Of a stretch of 64,000 nucleotides of DNA, positions 63,843 to 64,000 are shown one piece after another. Under the pieces are notes generated by a model, which made no database searches, had not been told where the DNA came from, and saw only the letters and a list, made by a program, of their open reading frames with translations. Positions within the stretch are counted from its first letter, which is position 1. Each line of letters begins with the position of its first letter. The stretch is from positions 31,312,001 to 31,376,000 of the forward strand of contig CM059433.1 in assembly GCA_030390025.1 (NCBI GenBank), in the 5' to 3' direction. A program made the translations under genes and the position numbers. This DNA is from Squalus acanthias. Lineage: Eukaryota.

Positions 63843-64000
63843 TATATATACTGTGTAATCGATTTGTATTCCCTCACTGTACCTGTACCTGAAGAAGGAG
63901 CGGAGCTCCGAAAGCTCGTAATTTTAAATAAAACTGTTGGACTATAACCTGGTGTTGTGCGACTTCTCATTTTTGTCCACCCCAGTCCAACACCGGCATC
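63843..64000 (+). mobile_element. Penelope family B 3' end/pLTR (runs off the window)
   Basis: Reverse complement of 60895-61020. Confidence 0.9.
63886..63920 (+). ncRNA. Minimal type I hammerhead ribozyme motif
   Basis: TAC-CTGAAGA-A-GGAGC GGA GCTCC-GAAA-GCTC-GTA. Confidence 0.75.

Overview
This is eukaryotic, repeat-rich vertebrate DNA, almost certainly from a cartilaginous fish: HE1-type V-SINEs, SacSINE1-type DeuSINEs and shark-like CR1/L2 elements dominate. No prokaryotic systems, CRISPR arrays or rRNA genes are present. The only host coding sequence I can support is one 105-nt, phase 1/1, minus-strand exon (42945-43049) encoding a calcium-binding EGF module, so the window is probably intron sequence of a very large EGF-repeat gene (EYS/CRB/Notch-like, not resolved). 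The rest is layered transposon sequence. It includes a near-complete but decayed 4.1-kb Harbinger transposon (HARBI1-like transposase plus a spliced Myb/SANT gene carrying a Trp-heptad minisatellite), several Harbinger remnants and MITEs, a hAT-like MITE, two probable solo LTRs and a Vingi 3' end. There are also two Penelope-like families carrying minimal hammerhead ribozyme motifs, short hairpin-shaped Penelope insertions with TSDs and a nested Penelope-in-Penelope structure. All family assignments come from recognising sequence by eye, not from database searches, and repeat boundaries without a TSD or TIR are approximate.
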